Of a DNA stretch of 64,000 nucleotides, positions 39,401 through 49,360 are shown piece after piece; position 1 is the stretch's first letter; each line of letters starts with the position of its first letter. Source of the DNA: Candidatus Latescibacterota bacterium (GTDB lineage: Bacteria; Latescibacterota; UBA2968; UBA8231); contig OZ242318.1 of the NCBI GenBank assembly GCA_965208105.1, positions 608,001 to 672,000 on the forward strand. Reading direction: 5' to 3'. The position numbers and the translations under genes were made by a program. Below the pieces are notes generated by a model. It saw only the letters and a program-made list of their open reading frames with translations. It was not told where the DNA came from and did not search any database.

Positions 39401-40774
39401 CTACCTGTCCCTTCCTCCCCTTCCGGGCTCGATTCGGTCTTTTCCGACCACCTCCCGCAGCACATCGGGGACCATTACCGCGGAGCCTTTCTGCTGATAG
39501 TTGTCCATGATGGCGATCAGCATGCGGCCCATGGCGCAGCCCGTGTCGTTGACTGTATGGCAGAACCGCGGCCTTCCTCTCCCGTCCTTGTAGCGCACGT
39601 TCAGCCGCCGGGCCTGGTAGTCCGTGGTGTTGGTGTCGGTCATGACTTCCATGTACTCGCGCGATCCGGAGAGCCACACATCCAGGTCGCGCTGGCGGTG
39701 GCTGGCCAGATAGCCTGCGTCTCCGGAGCATTTGTCAACCACCCGGTAGGGCAGCTCCAGGGTCTGCAGCAGCCACTCGTTGATCTCGCCGAACTCCTGG
39801 TAGATGGCCTCGGACTGGTCCTCCGCGCACACCGAGTTCATCTCGATTTTGTCGAACTGGTGCAACCGCTTGATCCCCTTGACGTCCTTGCCCCAGGAGC
39901 CGGCCTCCGAGCGGAAACAGACGGTGGCGGCGAATAGCCGCAGGGGGAGCTGCTCGCGGGCCAGGGTCCGGTCCATGAAGTAGCTGAAGTTGGCCGGCTC
40001 CGACGAGCCCACGAGAAAGAGCTCGGCGCCTTCCTCGACGTTGTCGCTGCGGATGGCATAGACCTGGTCGCGGCCCTCGGGGAAGTGGGAGGTGCCGTAG
40101 AGCGAGCGGTCGCGCACCAGAAGCGGGGGTATCATCATCTCGTAGCCGCGGCGCAGGAGCTCGTCGGTGAGAAGCCGGGTAAGGGCGTACTGCATCAAGG
40201 CCACGTCGCCGCGCAGAAAGGCAAAGCGCGAGCCCGAGACCTTGGCCGCCTGCAAGGTATCCACCCCACCCAGCAGTGGACCCAGTTCGGCGTGGTGCAC
40301 CGGCTCGAAGTCGGCGTCGGCGTGGCAGGGCGCCTGTGGCATGGCCTCCCGGCTGGCATCGCCGGCTCCCAGCAGGGCGCGGTCCAGGTACCCCGAACCG
40401 GGGACCCAGGCCTTTTCCTCGACGTTGTCCTCCTCACCCTCCCCCCGCGGCATGTCCGGGTGCGGCCAGTTGGGGAACCAGTCGAGTATCTCCTGCCATT
40501 CGCCCCCAACCCGCGCCATTTCCCGGGCCATCCGGCGGCCTTCCTCGCGCAGTTCCTGGCCCTTGCGGCGCGCCGCTTCCGGATCGCTCCTGCCCAGCCT
40601 GGCCAACTGCTTCTTCTCCTGGTTGAGGCGGTCCACGGCTACCTGCAACTGGCGTTTCCTGGCGTCCAGCTGCATCCAGCGGTCCAGGTCGGCTTTGTCC
40701 GGATCCACCCGGCGCGCGCGGATGGCCTCGCGCAGGGCTTCGGGATTTGTCCGTATTTCCTTTGCGTCTATCAT
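39401..40774 (-). CDS. serS: Serine--tRNA ligase (divergent)
   Basis: N-terminal coiled coil, AAKVSGSRF, motif 2 FRSEAGSWGKD..RLHQFDKIE, DYQARRL, motif 3 region HTVNDTGCAMGR. Confidence 0.9.
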   Translation of the reverse strand: MIDAKEIRTNPEALREAIRARRVDPDKADLDRWMQLDARKRQLQVAVDRLNQEKKQLARLGRSDPEAARRKGQELREEGRRMAREMARVGGEWQEILDWFPNWPHPDMPRGEGEEDNVEEKAWVPGSGYLDRALLGAGDASREAMPQAPCHADADFEPVHHAELGPLLGGVDTLQAAKVSGSRFAFLRGDVALMQYALTRLLTDELLRRGYEMMIPPLLVRDRSLYGTSHFPEGRDQVYAIRSDNVEEGAELFLVGSSEPANFSYFMDRTLAREQLPLRLFAATVCFRSEAGSWGKDVKGIKRLHQFDKIEMNSVCAEDQSEAIYQEFGEINEWLLQTLELPYRVVDKCSGDAGYLASHRQRDLDVWLSGSREYMEVMTDTNTTDYQARRLNVRYKDGRGRPRFCHTVNDTGCAMGRMLIAIMDNYQQKGSAVMVPDVLREVVGKDRIEPGRGGRDR

Positions 40775-40874
40775 GATTTACCCCGAATGATTTACCCAGA
40801 GCGAATCTCGCGGCTTCCCTCTCCATCAAAAAACGGGGATGCGCCCGAAAACCGCAACCTGGACCGCCTTTCTT

Positions 40875-42188
40875 TCACCCCCCACCGGAACCCGGCCACA
40901 GACGCTCGAGCAGATCCACCGACGCCGCGGTGATTTTGCGCCCCGCCCCTTTCTCCAGGCGCGAGGTGTAGACCGTCCGGTGGACTTCGTAGCCATCCTG
41001 GGCAAAGGCGGCCGCGGTGGGTACGTAACCGCAGTATCCGTTGGTCAGCTCCGCCACCAGGGTTACGTCGAAGGGCGAGCGCCGGCGGATCTCCAGGCCG
41101 AACTCCACGAACAACTCGGCGGGGTTGGTGCAGACCGCCACCTCCCCGAATCCAATGGCCTGGATTTCCACCGGACAGGTGGTAGGGCCGAGAGCCCTGA
41201 CCGCCTCCTCCTCCGGGTCGTAGCGGCTGCGGGCGTAAAGCCTGGCCGCTTCATCGGCGCCGCGGCACAAATCCTCACAGAAAGTAGACTCCTCGAAGGG
41301 CCGGTCGGCAATCTCCATGACCTCGCGGCACATGGAGATTCTCTTCACTTTCCGGCGCGCGGCCGCACGGTAGGCCGGGACCAGGCGCGCGGCGATGTCC
41401 ACCCCGATCCGGCGAGCCAGCAGATTGCCATGCAGGGGAGGGGGATCGCCGCCGCACCACATCACGTCCCCGCAGGCCCCCTGCAGGAACGGTGTGGGGA
41501 TTCCGGCGTCCAGGGCGTCCCGCAGGGCGTCACCGGCGCAGCCCCCGAGGTCGCCGTGAAATTCCTCGCCGACGCAGTTGTTGTGGGAAGGGTAGTTCAC
41601 CACGAATGCGATGGGATCTCCCGATGGTTCCTCGAATGCCATGAACCCCATTTCCCCGTCCACCGGCCCCGCCGGCGGCAGTCCGGGGTGCGCCTTCAGA
41701 GGCCAGGTCATCAGGACCGACCCATCGGGGCGCAGCAGGCGCCTGTTGAACTCCCAGCCCGGGGTGAGGCAGGTTCCGGCCACCAGCAGGGCGGGTCGCA
41801 TGCGGAGCTGCGCCTGCGCAACGGCCTCGGCCACCTGGTCCACGAGAAAGTCGAGATAGAGAGGATCGGGACTGGCGCCGCTCAGGAAGGAAGGACAGAT
41901 GGCCGGGGCCGCGTGGGTGTGGGTAGCGGCCACGGCGATCCAGTCGCCGGCAAGGCCGGTTCTGCGCGCACAGGCGTCCCTCATCCTCAACAGCAGGGGG
42001 CGGTCGACGAAGGTCGCGTCGCAGGAGACCAGGGCCCCCTGGCGCCTGCCGTCGCTGAAGACCACGGCGTGGCAGCGCAAAGGACTGCCCTCCCCGCGGC
42101 TCAACCAGACGTGGGTGTAGTTGGGCAGCGGGCGGTCGGGGGTTATGTCGCGCATGGCGGCGCCGGCGCGGAACTCAGCTGTCGGCAT
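40875..42188 (-). CDS. Neutral/alkaline ceramidase-like hypothetical protein
   Basis: AGAAMRDITP, ATHTHAAP, NRR, FLQGACGD, PAELFVEFGL, GYVPT. Confidence 0.7.
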   Translation of the reverse strand: MPTAEFRAGAAMRDITPDRPLPNYTHVWLSRGEGSPLRCHAVVFSDGRRQGALVSCDATFVDRPLLLRMRDACARRTGLAGDWIAVAATHTHAAPAICPSFLSGASPDPLYLDFLVDQVAEAVAQAQLRMRPALLVAGTCLTPGWEFNRRLLRPDGSVLMTWPLKAHPGLPPAGPVDGEMGFMAFEEPSGDPIAFVVNYPSHNNCVGEEFHGDLGGCAGDALRDALDAGIPTPFLQGACGDVMWCGGDPPPLHGNLLARRIGVDIAARLVPAYRAAARRKVKRISMCREVMEIADRPFEESTFCEDLCRGADEAARLYARSRYDPEEEAVRALGPTTCPVEIQAIGFGEVAVCTNPAELFVEFGLEIRRRSPFDVTLVAELTNGYCGYVPTAAAFAQDGYEVHRTVYTSRLEKGAGRKITAASVDLLERLWPGSGGG

Positions 42189-42286
42189 GGATTCCTCCGT
42201 TGAATCCCCAAGTCCCCTCCCGGCCTGTCCCTGTTCAGGAGCTCACACTGGCCGCGCCTCCCGGGGAGTGAACCTTTCCGTGCAAT

Positions 42287-43588
42287 TCAGCCCCCGGCCT
42301 CCAGGCAGGCGGACAGATGTACTCCCCAGGCGAGCAGGCTTTCGTCGCGGCCGAAAGCCGCCGCGCACTGCAACCCGAGGGGCAGGCCGTTGGACGACCG
42401 TCCCGCAGGCAGGGTGAGCACCGGCACGCCGGCGTGGGTCCAGGGCAGGTTCATCGCCGGGTCCCCGGTGGTTTCCAGACCGGCAGGGGCCGCTCCGGTC
42501 GCCGCCGGACTGATCCACAGGTCGATACCCTCCTCCTGCATTTTCGCCGCCAGGGTGCGGCGCAACTGCAGCCGTCCGGCCAGGCCGCCATGGTACTCCG
42601 CGGCGTCAACCCGCCTGCCCTCTCTCAGGACTCCGGCGCTGCCCTCCCCGTAAAGGTGGCCGTGGGTCTCGAACCAATCCTGGTGAACCTCTGCGAACTC
42701 CCTTTGCACGAGGTGTCCATGGCGCCTGTTGATCTCCTCGATATCCTCCAGCAGGGGTGGGCGGCGCACGACGAAGCCGGCTTCGCGCAGACTCTCCACC
42801 TGTTCCCCGAAAGCCTCCAGCCCGGCAGCCGTTGCCTGCTCCAGGAAGGGTCCCCGCGGCACGCCCAGCACCGGTTTGTCGGCTTCGGTGCGCTGCTTCC
42901 ACCCCGCGCACAGGACCGCTGCGACGCTTCCCATTCCCGCGAGGTCCTGGGTGAACATGCCCACCGTATCCACCGCCGGTGAGAAATCCAACAGCCCTGC
43001 GGTGTCGATCCGCCCCAGACTGGGTTTGAACCCGACGACACCGCAAAAGGCGGCGGGGCGCACGACCGACCCTATGGTCTGGGTGCCCAGGGCGAGGGGA
43101 CAGTAGCCGGCTGCCACCGCCGCCGCCGAACCGCTGCTGGATCCTCCCGGCGTGTGGCCCGGTCGGTGGGGATTTGCGGTGGGGCCGGGATCGAAACCGG
43201 CGAACTCGGTGGTCCTGGTCTTGCCCAGCACCAGGGCTCCTGCCCGGCGCAGGGCGGTGACGCAGGAGGCCTGGGGACCGGCGAGAAGGTGGGGTGGCAG
43301 GCGCGAACCGGCACGGGTCGGGAAGCCGTCCACCCTGATTATGTCCTTCACCCCCACCAGAATTCCATACAGGGGAGGCCGGCCCGCCGGTTCCGGGTGA
43401 CGGGCAACCAGGGCCTCCGCCTCTCTCAGCAGGCGCTCCTTGCGGCCCGGCTCGGGCAGCAGCGCCTGAAGCAGCTCCTCGCAGCGGTCGATCCGATGGC
43501 AGGAGGAGCCGATCTGCCGCTTCAAATCGAGGGCGCCGGCGCGCAACTGGCTCAAGATCGGGGCCAGTGGGACCGGGGAGGTGAACAT
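42287..43588 (-). CDS. Amidase signature family protein
   Basis: VKD, GKTRTTEFA, TPGGSSSGSAAAVA, GTQTIGS. Confidence 0.92.
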   Translation of the reverse strand: MFTSPVPLAPILSQLRAGALDLKRQIGSSCHRIDRCEELLQALLPEPGRKERLLREAEALVARHPEPAGRPPLYGILVGVKDIIRVDGFPTRAGSRLPPHLLAGPQASCVTALRRAGALVLGKTRTTEFAGFDPGPTANPHRPGHTPGGSSSGSAAAVAAGYCPLALGTQTIGSVVRPAAFCGVVGFKPSLGRIDTAGLLDFSPAVDTVGMFTQDLAGMGSVAAVLCAGWKQRTEADKPVLGVPRGPFLEQATAAGLEAFGEQVESLREAGFVVRRPPLLEDIEEINRRHGHLVQREFAEVHQDWFETHGHLYGEGSAGVLREGRRVDAAEYHGGLAGRLQLRRTLAAKMQEEGIDLWISPAATGAAPAGLETTGDPAMNLPWTHAGVPVLTLPAGRSSNGLPLGLQCAAAFGRDESLLAWGVHLSACLEAGG

Positions 43589-43726
43589 GGGCGGCGAAGA
43601 TAGGCATCCTCCCCCGCGGCAACAAGGCCGGCCTCCGTCCCTGCCGCTCATTTTGCCGGGCGGGTAGTTGTGCATTATTTTTTACGGGTTCCGATGCCCG
43701 CCGCACAAATTCCCACAGGAGATATT

Positions 43727-44206
43727 GTGCGCTACTTCTTCGGCAGTCCGGTCGTTACCATGGCCGCGGTCTGGCTGTTGTGGTCCGGCCATTACACTGC
43801 TCTTCTCGTCGGCCTCGGACTGTGCTCCTGCGTGCTCGTGGCCGCCGTTTCCGCGCGCATGGGCATCGCCGACGACGAAGGCCATCCGGTTCACCTCCTG
43901 GGGCGCTCGATTCTCTACTGGCCCTGGCTCCTGTGGTCCATCGCCAGGGCCAACGTCGCCGTCGCCCGCTGCATCCTCCACCCCGGGCTACCCATCAGCC
44001 CGACCCTGATCCAGGTCAGGGCCGGCCAGAAAAGCGCCCTGGGGAGGGTCGTCTATGCCAACTCCATCACCCTGACCCCCGGAACGGTCTCGCTCGACGT
44101 CAGCGGGGACCTGATTTCGGTGCACGCCCTGACCCGCGCCAGCGCCGAAGATCTGCTGGGAGGGGCCATGGACCGCCGCGTCGCCGCCATGGAAGGGCGA
44201 TCATGA
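43727..44206 (+). CDS. mrpE: Mrp antiporter subunit E
   Basis: ANSITLTPGT. Confidence 0.9.
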   Translation: MRYFFGSPVVTMAAVWLLWSGHYTALLVGLGLCSCVLVAAVSARMGIADDEGHPVHLLGRSILYWPWLLWSIARANVAVARCILHPGLPISPTLIQVRAGQKSALGRVVYANSITLTPGTVSLDVSGDLISVHALTRASAEDLLGGAMDRRVAAMEGRS

Positions 44207-44493
44207 TGTACGCGGTGGCAACGGCGGCCATCCTCGCCACCATAGTTCTGGCTCTGACCCGGGCGGTCCTCGGCCCCACCGTCTACGACCGCATACTCGC
44301 CCTGAACATGGCGGGCACCAAGACCGTGCTGCTCATCGCCGCGGTGGGTTTCCTCAGCGGCCGGCCGCACTTCCTGGACTTGGCCCTCATCTACGTCTTC
44401 CTCAACTTCATAGGCACCATCGCCGTTCTCAAATACGTCGAATACGGCAACTTCGCCACCGCCGGAGACGAGGGAGGGAAAGGGCGGAAATAG
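44203..44493 (+). CDS. mrpF: Mrp antiporter subunit F
   Basis: GPTVYDRILA, LDLALIY. Confidence 0.9.
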   Translation: MMYAVATAAILATIVLALTRAVLGPTVYDRILALNMAGTKTVLLIAAVGFLSGRPHFLDLALIYVFLNFIGTIAVLKYVEYGNFATAGDEGGKGRK

Positions 44494-44813
44494 TGGCTCT
44501 GATGGTCGAAATAGCCAGTTGGACCTGCCTCGTCATCGGCTCCTTTTTCTGTATCGTCGGCGGTGTCGGCCTGCTGCGCCTGCCGGACTTCTTCAGCCGC
44601 ATGCACGGAACCGGGGTCAGCGATACCCTGGGCGCCGGATTCATCCTGCTCGGCCTCATGTTCCAGGGCGGGCTAACCCTGGTGACGGTAAAACTGGTCA
44701 TGATCCTTGCCATACTGCTGCTGACCAGCCCCACCGGGTCCCACGCCGTCGCCAAGGGCGCGCGCATGGCGGGTCTGAAACCCCTTCTCAGCCAGGAGAG
44801 CGAAGAACCGTGA
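44493..44813 (+). CDS. mrpG: Mrp antiporter subunit G
   Basis: GLLRLPDFFSRMH, SPTGSHA. Confidence 0.9.
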   Translation: MALMVEIASWTCLVIGSFFCIVGGVGLLRLPDFFSRMHGTGVSDTLGAGFILLGLMFQGGLTLVTVKLVMILAILLLTSPTGSHAVAKGARMAGLKPLLSQESEEP

Positions 44814-45358
44814 TTGAACTGATCAACGTTCTGCTGCTGGCCTTCATGGCAGTCCTGGCCATCGCCATCGCGCGCCTGCGCAACCTCTTCGCCGCCCTGA
44901 TGCTGAGCAGTTTCTTCAGCATCCTGTGCGCGGCCGTGTTCCTCGTACTGGACGCGGTGGACGTCGCCTTCACCGAGGCGGCGGTAGGCGCCGGCATCGC
45001 CACCGTGCTGGGACTGGGGACCCTGATCCTCACCTCCGCCGAAGAAAGGCCGCCGCCCTCCAGGTCCTGGCTGCCACTCCTCGTGGTCCTGGCCACCGGG
45101 GCGGCGCTGGTCTACGGCACCCTGGACATGCCCCATTACGGCGATCCGAACGCTCCCGTGCACCAGCACGTAGCGCGGCACTACATCGAAAACACCCCCG
45201 CCGAAGTGGGCGTTCCCAACCTGGTGACCGCCGTCCTCGCCAGCTACAGGGGGTACGATACCCTGGGCGAGGTTACGGTGATTTTCACCGCGGGAACGGG
45301 ACTGGCGCTGCTGATCGGCGGCCGGCGCCGGCGGGGCCCCGGCGAGAGGCATCCATGA
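44810..45358 (+). CDS. Mrp MrpA C-terminal-like / DUF4040 subunit
   Basis: DVAFTEAAVG, NLVTAVLASYRGYDTLGE. Confidence 0.85.
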   Translation: MIELINVLLLAFMAVLAIAIARLRNLFAALMLSSFFSILCAAVFLVLDAVDVAFTEAAVGAGIATVLGLGTLILTSAEERPPPSRSWLPLLVVLATGAALVYGTLDMPHYGDPNAPVHQHVARHYIENTPAEVGVPNLVTAVLASYRGYDTLGEVTVIFTAGTGLALLIGGRRRRGPGERHP

Positions 45359-45774
45359 GACACCACATCATCCTCCGGGTCGTCTCCAAGCTCCTCATCC
45401 CCTTCATAATGCTCTTCGCACTCTACGTCCAGTTCCACGGGGACTACGGGCCGGGCGGCGGGTTTCAGGCGGGCGTGATCTTTGCGGCGGCCATCGTGCT
45501 CTACACCATGATCTTCGGCTTCGAGGCAGCGCGCCGCGTAGCCGCCACCGGCCATGTGCAGGCCCTGGGCGCCCTCGGCCTCCTGCTCTATGCGGGGACC
45601 GGGCTGGCGCCCCTCCTCCTGGGAGGAAACTTCCTGGACTACAGCGTCCTGCTCTCCGACCCCCTCCACGGCCAGCACCTGGGCATCTTCCTCATCGAGT
45701 TCGGCGTCGGCGTCACCGTGGCCGCCGCCATGACCTCCGCATTTTTCTGCTTCGTCGGACGGAGCAGGCCGTGA
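45355..45774 (+). CDS. mrpB: Mrp antiporter subunit B
   Basis: HGDYGPGGGFQAG. Confidence 0.9.
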   Translation: MRHHIILRVVSKLLIPFIMLFALYVQFHGDYGPGGGFQAGVIFAAAIVLYTMIFGFEAARRVAATGHVQALGALGLLLYAGTGLAPLLLGGNFLDYSVLLSDPLHGQHLGIFLIEFGVGVTVAAAMTSAFFCFVGRSRP

Positions 45775-46127
45775 CCCAGTTTCCAGGCCTGTACAATTAC
45801 TGGATCGTCATCTTCCTGATGATGACCGGGTTCTACATCGTCATGTCCAGCGGCAACCTCATAAAGAAAATCATCGGCCTCAACATCTTTCAGGCCTCTG
45901 TTTTCCTGCTCTACATCAGCATGGGCAAGATCGCCGGAGGAACCGCGCCCATCTTCGCGGCCAGCGCCACCGCCTACTCCAATCCCCTGCCCCACGTGCT
46001 CATTCTCACCGCCATCGTCGTGGGCATCGCCACCACCGCCCTCGCCCTCGGCCTGGTAGTGCGCATCAGGGAAGCCTACGGCACCATCGAGGAGGAAGAG
46101 ATCCACCGGCAGGATGGGGAAACATGA
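45771..46127 (+). CDS. mrpC: Mrp antiporter subunit C
   Basis: NPLPHVLILTAIVV. Confidence 0.92.
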   Translation: MTQFPGLYNYWIVIFLMMTGFYIVMSSGNLIKKIIGLNIFQASVFLLYISMGKIAGGTAPIFAASATAYSNPLPHVLILTAIVVGIATTALALGLVVRIREAYGTIEEEEIHRQDGET

Positions 46128-47605
46128 CCGGTGCCCACCTTCCCATCCTCCTGGTGGTCGTCCCCCTGACCGCTGCGCCCATCTGCGTTCTCCTGCGGCG
46201 CTCCCTGCCGGCCCGGCTCTTCGCCCTCGGGGTGGGCTGGAGTGTCCTGGCCATGGCCTCATCCCTGCTCCTGACGGTGCTCGAGAGCGGCCCCGTCTCC
46301 TACGCCCTGGGCGGCTGGGAGGCGCCCTGGGGCATACAGTACCGGGTGGACGAAGCCAATGCCTTCGTACTCCTCGTCGTCTCCCTGGTGGCTGCCCTCG
46401 CCCTGCTGTACGCCCCGGCCAGCGCCGCCGCCGAGTTGCCGCGGATCCGCCACCACCTGTTCTACGCCACCTTTCTCCTCTGCCTGACGGGCCTGCTCGG
46501 CATGGCCGCCACGGGGGACGTGTTCAACGTTTTCGTCTTTCTGGAGATCTCGTCCCTTGCGTCGTATACCCTGATCGGACTGGGAACAGACCGCCGCGCC
46601 CTTACCGCCTCCTACCGCTACCTGATCATGGGAACGGTGGGGGCCACCTTCTTCGTCATAGGCATCGGCCTGCTCTACATGGCGACCGGTACTCTGGACA
46701 TGGTTGACATGGCGTCCCGCCTGCAGAGGGTCGAGCACAGCCGCACCATCCTCGTGGCGCTCGCCTTCCTGAGCGTTGGGCTGAGTCTCAAGCTGGCCCT
46801 TTTTCCTCTGCACCTGTGGCTGCCCAACGCCTACACCTACGCCCCCTCGGCAGTGACGGCCTTCCTGGCGGGAACGGCCACAAAGGTCGCCGCATACGTC
46901 TACATCCGATTCGTCTTCACCATCTTCGGCGGGGATTTCGTCTTCGCCACGATGAAGCTCGACGCCATACTGATTCCCCTGGCCTCCCTGGGAATCCTGG
47001 TGGCTTCGGCGGTAGCGGTCTTCCAGAACAACATCAAGCGCATGCTGGCCTATTCGAGCATCGCCCAGATCGGATACATAATGCTGGGGGTGGGACTGGA
47101 CTCGGTGACAGGGCTGACCGCAAGCATCGTCCACATGCTCAACCACGCCCTGATCAAGGCGGCTCTTTTCTTCTCCGTGGGATCCATCTTCCTGCGCCTG
47201 GGCTCGGTCGAGCTCGAGGACCTGCGCGGACTGGGACGGCGCATGCCCTGGACCATGGCCGCTTTCGTCATCGCCGGCCTGGGCCTCATCGGAGTGCCGC
47301 TTACCGCCGGATTCATCAGCAAGTGGTACCTGGTTCTCGCCGCCCTGGAACAAGGCCGATGGCTCCTGGCCGGGCTCGTCCTGCTGGCCTCGCTGATCGC
47401 CGTGGTCTACCTGTGGCGGGTGGTGGAAACAGCCTATTTTCAGGACGCTCCCGAGCAATCCGCCAGGGTCGCCGAGGCCCCCTTGTCCATGCAGGTTCCG
47501 GTTTGGATCACGGTGGGTGCCATCTTCTATTTCGGGGTCTCGACCTCATTCAGCGCCGGAATCGCCCGCCGCGCGGCGGCCATGCTCGTGGAGGGAACGC
47601 CGTGA
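46124..47605 (+). CDS. mrpD: Mrp antiporter subunit D
   Basis: DVFNVFVFLE, KLALFPLHLWLP, KRMLAYSS. Confidence 0.92.
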   Translation: MTGAHLPILLVVVPLTAAPICVLLRRSLPARLFALGVGWSVLAMASSLLLTVLESGPVSYALGGWEAPWGIQYRVDEANAFVLLVVSLVAALALLYAPASAAAELPRIRHHLFYATFLLCLTGLLGMAATGDVFNVFVFLEISSLASYTLIGLGTDRRALTASYRYLIMGTVGATFFVIGIGLLYMATGTLDMVDMASRLQRVEHSRTILVALAFLSVGLSLKLALFPLHLWLPNAYTYAPSAVTAFLAGTATKVAAYVYIRFVFTIFGGDFVFATMKLDAILIPLASLGILVASAVAVFQNNIKRMLAYSSIAQIGYIMLGVGLDSVTGLTASIVHMLNHALIKAALFFSVGSIFLRLGSVELEDLRGLGRRMPWTMAAFVIAGLGLIGVPLTAGFISKWYLVLAALEQGRWLLAGLVLLASLIAVVYLWRVVETAYFQDAPEQSARVAEAPLSMQVPVWITVGAIFYFGVSTSFSAGIARRAAAMLVEGTP

Positions 47606-49065
47606 GTCCCAGCGTCGCCATCCTGGCCGCCGTGGCCCTGCCTTTGCTCGCCACGCCGGCCATCGTCCTGCTGGGATCGAGGCCCAACCTGCGCGAGGCC
47701 GCGACACTCGCCTGCGGCGCTCTCACCTTTCTCGCCGTCGCCGCCCTGGCTCCGGCCGTTGTGGGGGGATTAAGGCCCTCAGTGGACCTGTTGGAGGTTA
47801 TGCCCGGGCTGGCGCTGGGCTTCGAGGTCGAACCTCTCGGCCTGCTCTTCGCCCTCGTCGCCGCAGGACTGTGGATCACCACCTCGCTCTACTCCATCGG
47901 CTACATGCGCGGCCACCGCGAGGAAAACCAGACCCGGTTTTTCGCCTTTTTCGCCCTGGCCATAGGGGCGGCGCTGAGCGCGGCCTTCGCCGCCAATCTG
48001 CTCACCCTGTTCGTTTCCTACGAGGTCCTGACCCTCACAACCTATCCCCTGGTCACCCACCACCGGACTCCCGAGGCCAGGAGGAGCGGCAGGATCTACC
48101 TGGGGATCCTGGTGGGCACCTCGATCGGACTGCTTCTACCCGCCCTGGTGTGGACCTGGAACCTGGCGGGCACCCTGGACTTCGCCTCCGGCGGCATTCT
48201 CGCCGGCAAGGCCGATCCGGGCGTCCTCTGGATACTGCTTGCCCTCTACGCCTTCGGTACCGGCAAGGCCGCCCTCATGCCCTTCCACCGCTGGCTGCCG
48301 GCGGCCATGGTGGCGCCGACCCCGGTGAGCGCCCTGCTGCACGCCGTCGCCGTGGTCAAGGCGGGTGTCTTCGCGGTGATGAAAGCTGTCGTCTACGTCT
48401 TCGGCATAGACCTTCTCCACAGCACCGGGTCCAGCATCTGGCTGCTCTACGCCGCCGCGGCCACCATCCTGACAGCTTCGGTCGTGGCCCTGACCAAGGA
48501 CAACCTCAAGGCCCGCCTCGCCTATTCGACCATCAGCCAGCTGGCCTACGTGGTCATGGGGGCGGCGCTGGCAAACGGTTGGGGGATAATTGGCGGAAGC
48601 ATGCACATCGCCATGCACGCGATGGGCAAGATAACCCTGTTCTTCTGCGCCGGCGCCATCAACGTGGCCCTGCACAAAACGGAGGTCAGCGACATGAGCG
48701 GCATCGGCAGGGCCATGCCCCTGACCATGACCGCGTTCGGGCTTGGCGCGCTGAGCGTGATAGGCACTCCTCCCTTCGGGGGCTCCTGGAGCAAATGGTA
48801 CCTTGCCCTGGGGGCCCTGGAAGCGCAGCATCCCCTGTTCGTCGCCGTGCTGGTGATCAGCTCACTGCTCAACATCGCCTACCTCATGCCCGTGGTTGCG
48901 CGGGCTTTCTTCGCGCCACCTGGGTACCCGGACGCCTGTCAGGGCATCAGGGAAGCGCCCATCCTGTGCCTCGCGCCCCTGTGCCTCACGGCTGCGGCAT
49001 GCCTGGGGCTGTTCTTCTACGCCGATGCCATCTACCACTTCTTGACCCCGATCGCCCTGCCTTGA
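47602..49065 (+). CDS. MrpD/NuoM-like proton-conducting subunit
   Basis: KAALMPFHRWLP, PTPVSALLHA, KARLAYSTISQ. Confidence 0.9.
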   Translation: MSPSVAILAAVALPLLATPAIVLLGSRPNLREAATLACGALTFLAVAALAPAVVGGLRPSVDLLEVMPGLALGFEVEPLGLLFALVAAGLWITTSLYSIGYMRGHREENQTRFFAFFALAIGAALSAAFAANLLTLFVSYEVLTLTTYPLVTHHRTPEARRSGRIYLGILVGTSIGLLLPALVWTWNLAGTLDFASGGILAGKADPGVLWILLALYAFGTGKAALMPFHRWLPAAMVAPTPVSALLHAVAVVKAGVFAVMKAVVYVFGIDLLHSTGSSIWLLYAAAATILTASVVALTKDNLKARLAYSTISQLAYVVMGAALANGWGIIGGSMHIAMHAMGKITLFFCAGAINVALHKTEVSDMSGIGRAMPLTMTAFGLGALSVIGTPPFGGSWSKWYLALGALEAQHPLFVAVLVISSLLNIAYLMPVVARAFFAPPGYPDACQGIREAPILCLAPLCLTAAACLGLFFYADAIYHFLTPIALP

Positions 49066-49075
49066 GGACCCAGTC

Positions 49076-49360
49076 ATGAACCAACCCCAGGAAAAGCGGA
49101 ACGACAGACGCCGCGGCCTCGATAATCCAGCCAACGTTACCCGGCTCTTCCACCTTCTCGCGGTCCTCTGCGCCGCCCTCCTCATTTTCGACCTGTTCGA
49201 CCTGAGCGACCTGCTCTACCACAAACACGTCAACTACGAGGTGGAACACTGGTTCGGCTTCTACCCCCTGTTCGGCTTTCTGGCCTACTCCTTCATCGTT
49301 TTCGCCGGCCACCTCTGGCGCCGGGTGGTCATGCGCGGGGAGGACTACTACGGTGACTGA
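49076..49360 (+). CDS. Small membrane protein of the Mrp operon
   Basis: 2 TM segments; GFYPLFGF, MRGEDYY; overlaps the next gene. Confidence 0.75.
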   Translation: MNQPQEKRNDRRRGLDNPANVTRLFHLLAVLCAALLIFDLFDLSDLLYHKHVNYEVEHWFGFYPLFGFLAYSFIVFAGHLWRRVVMRGEDYYGD

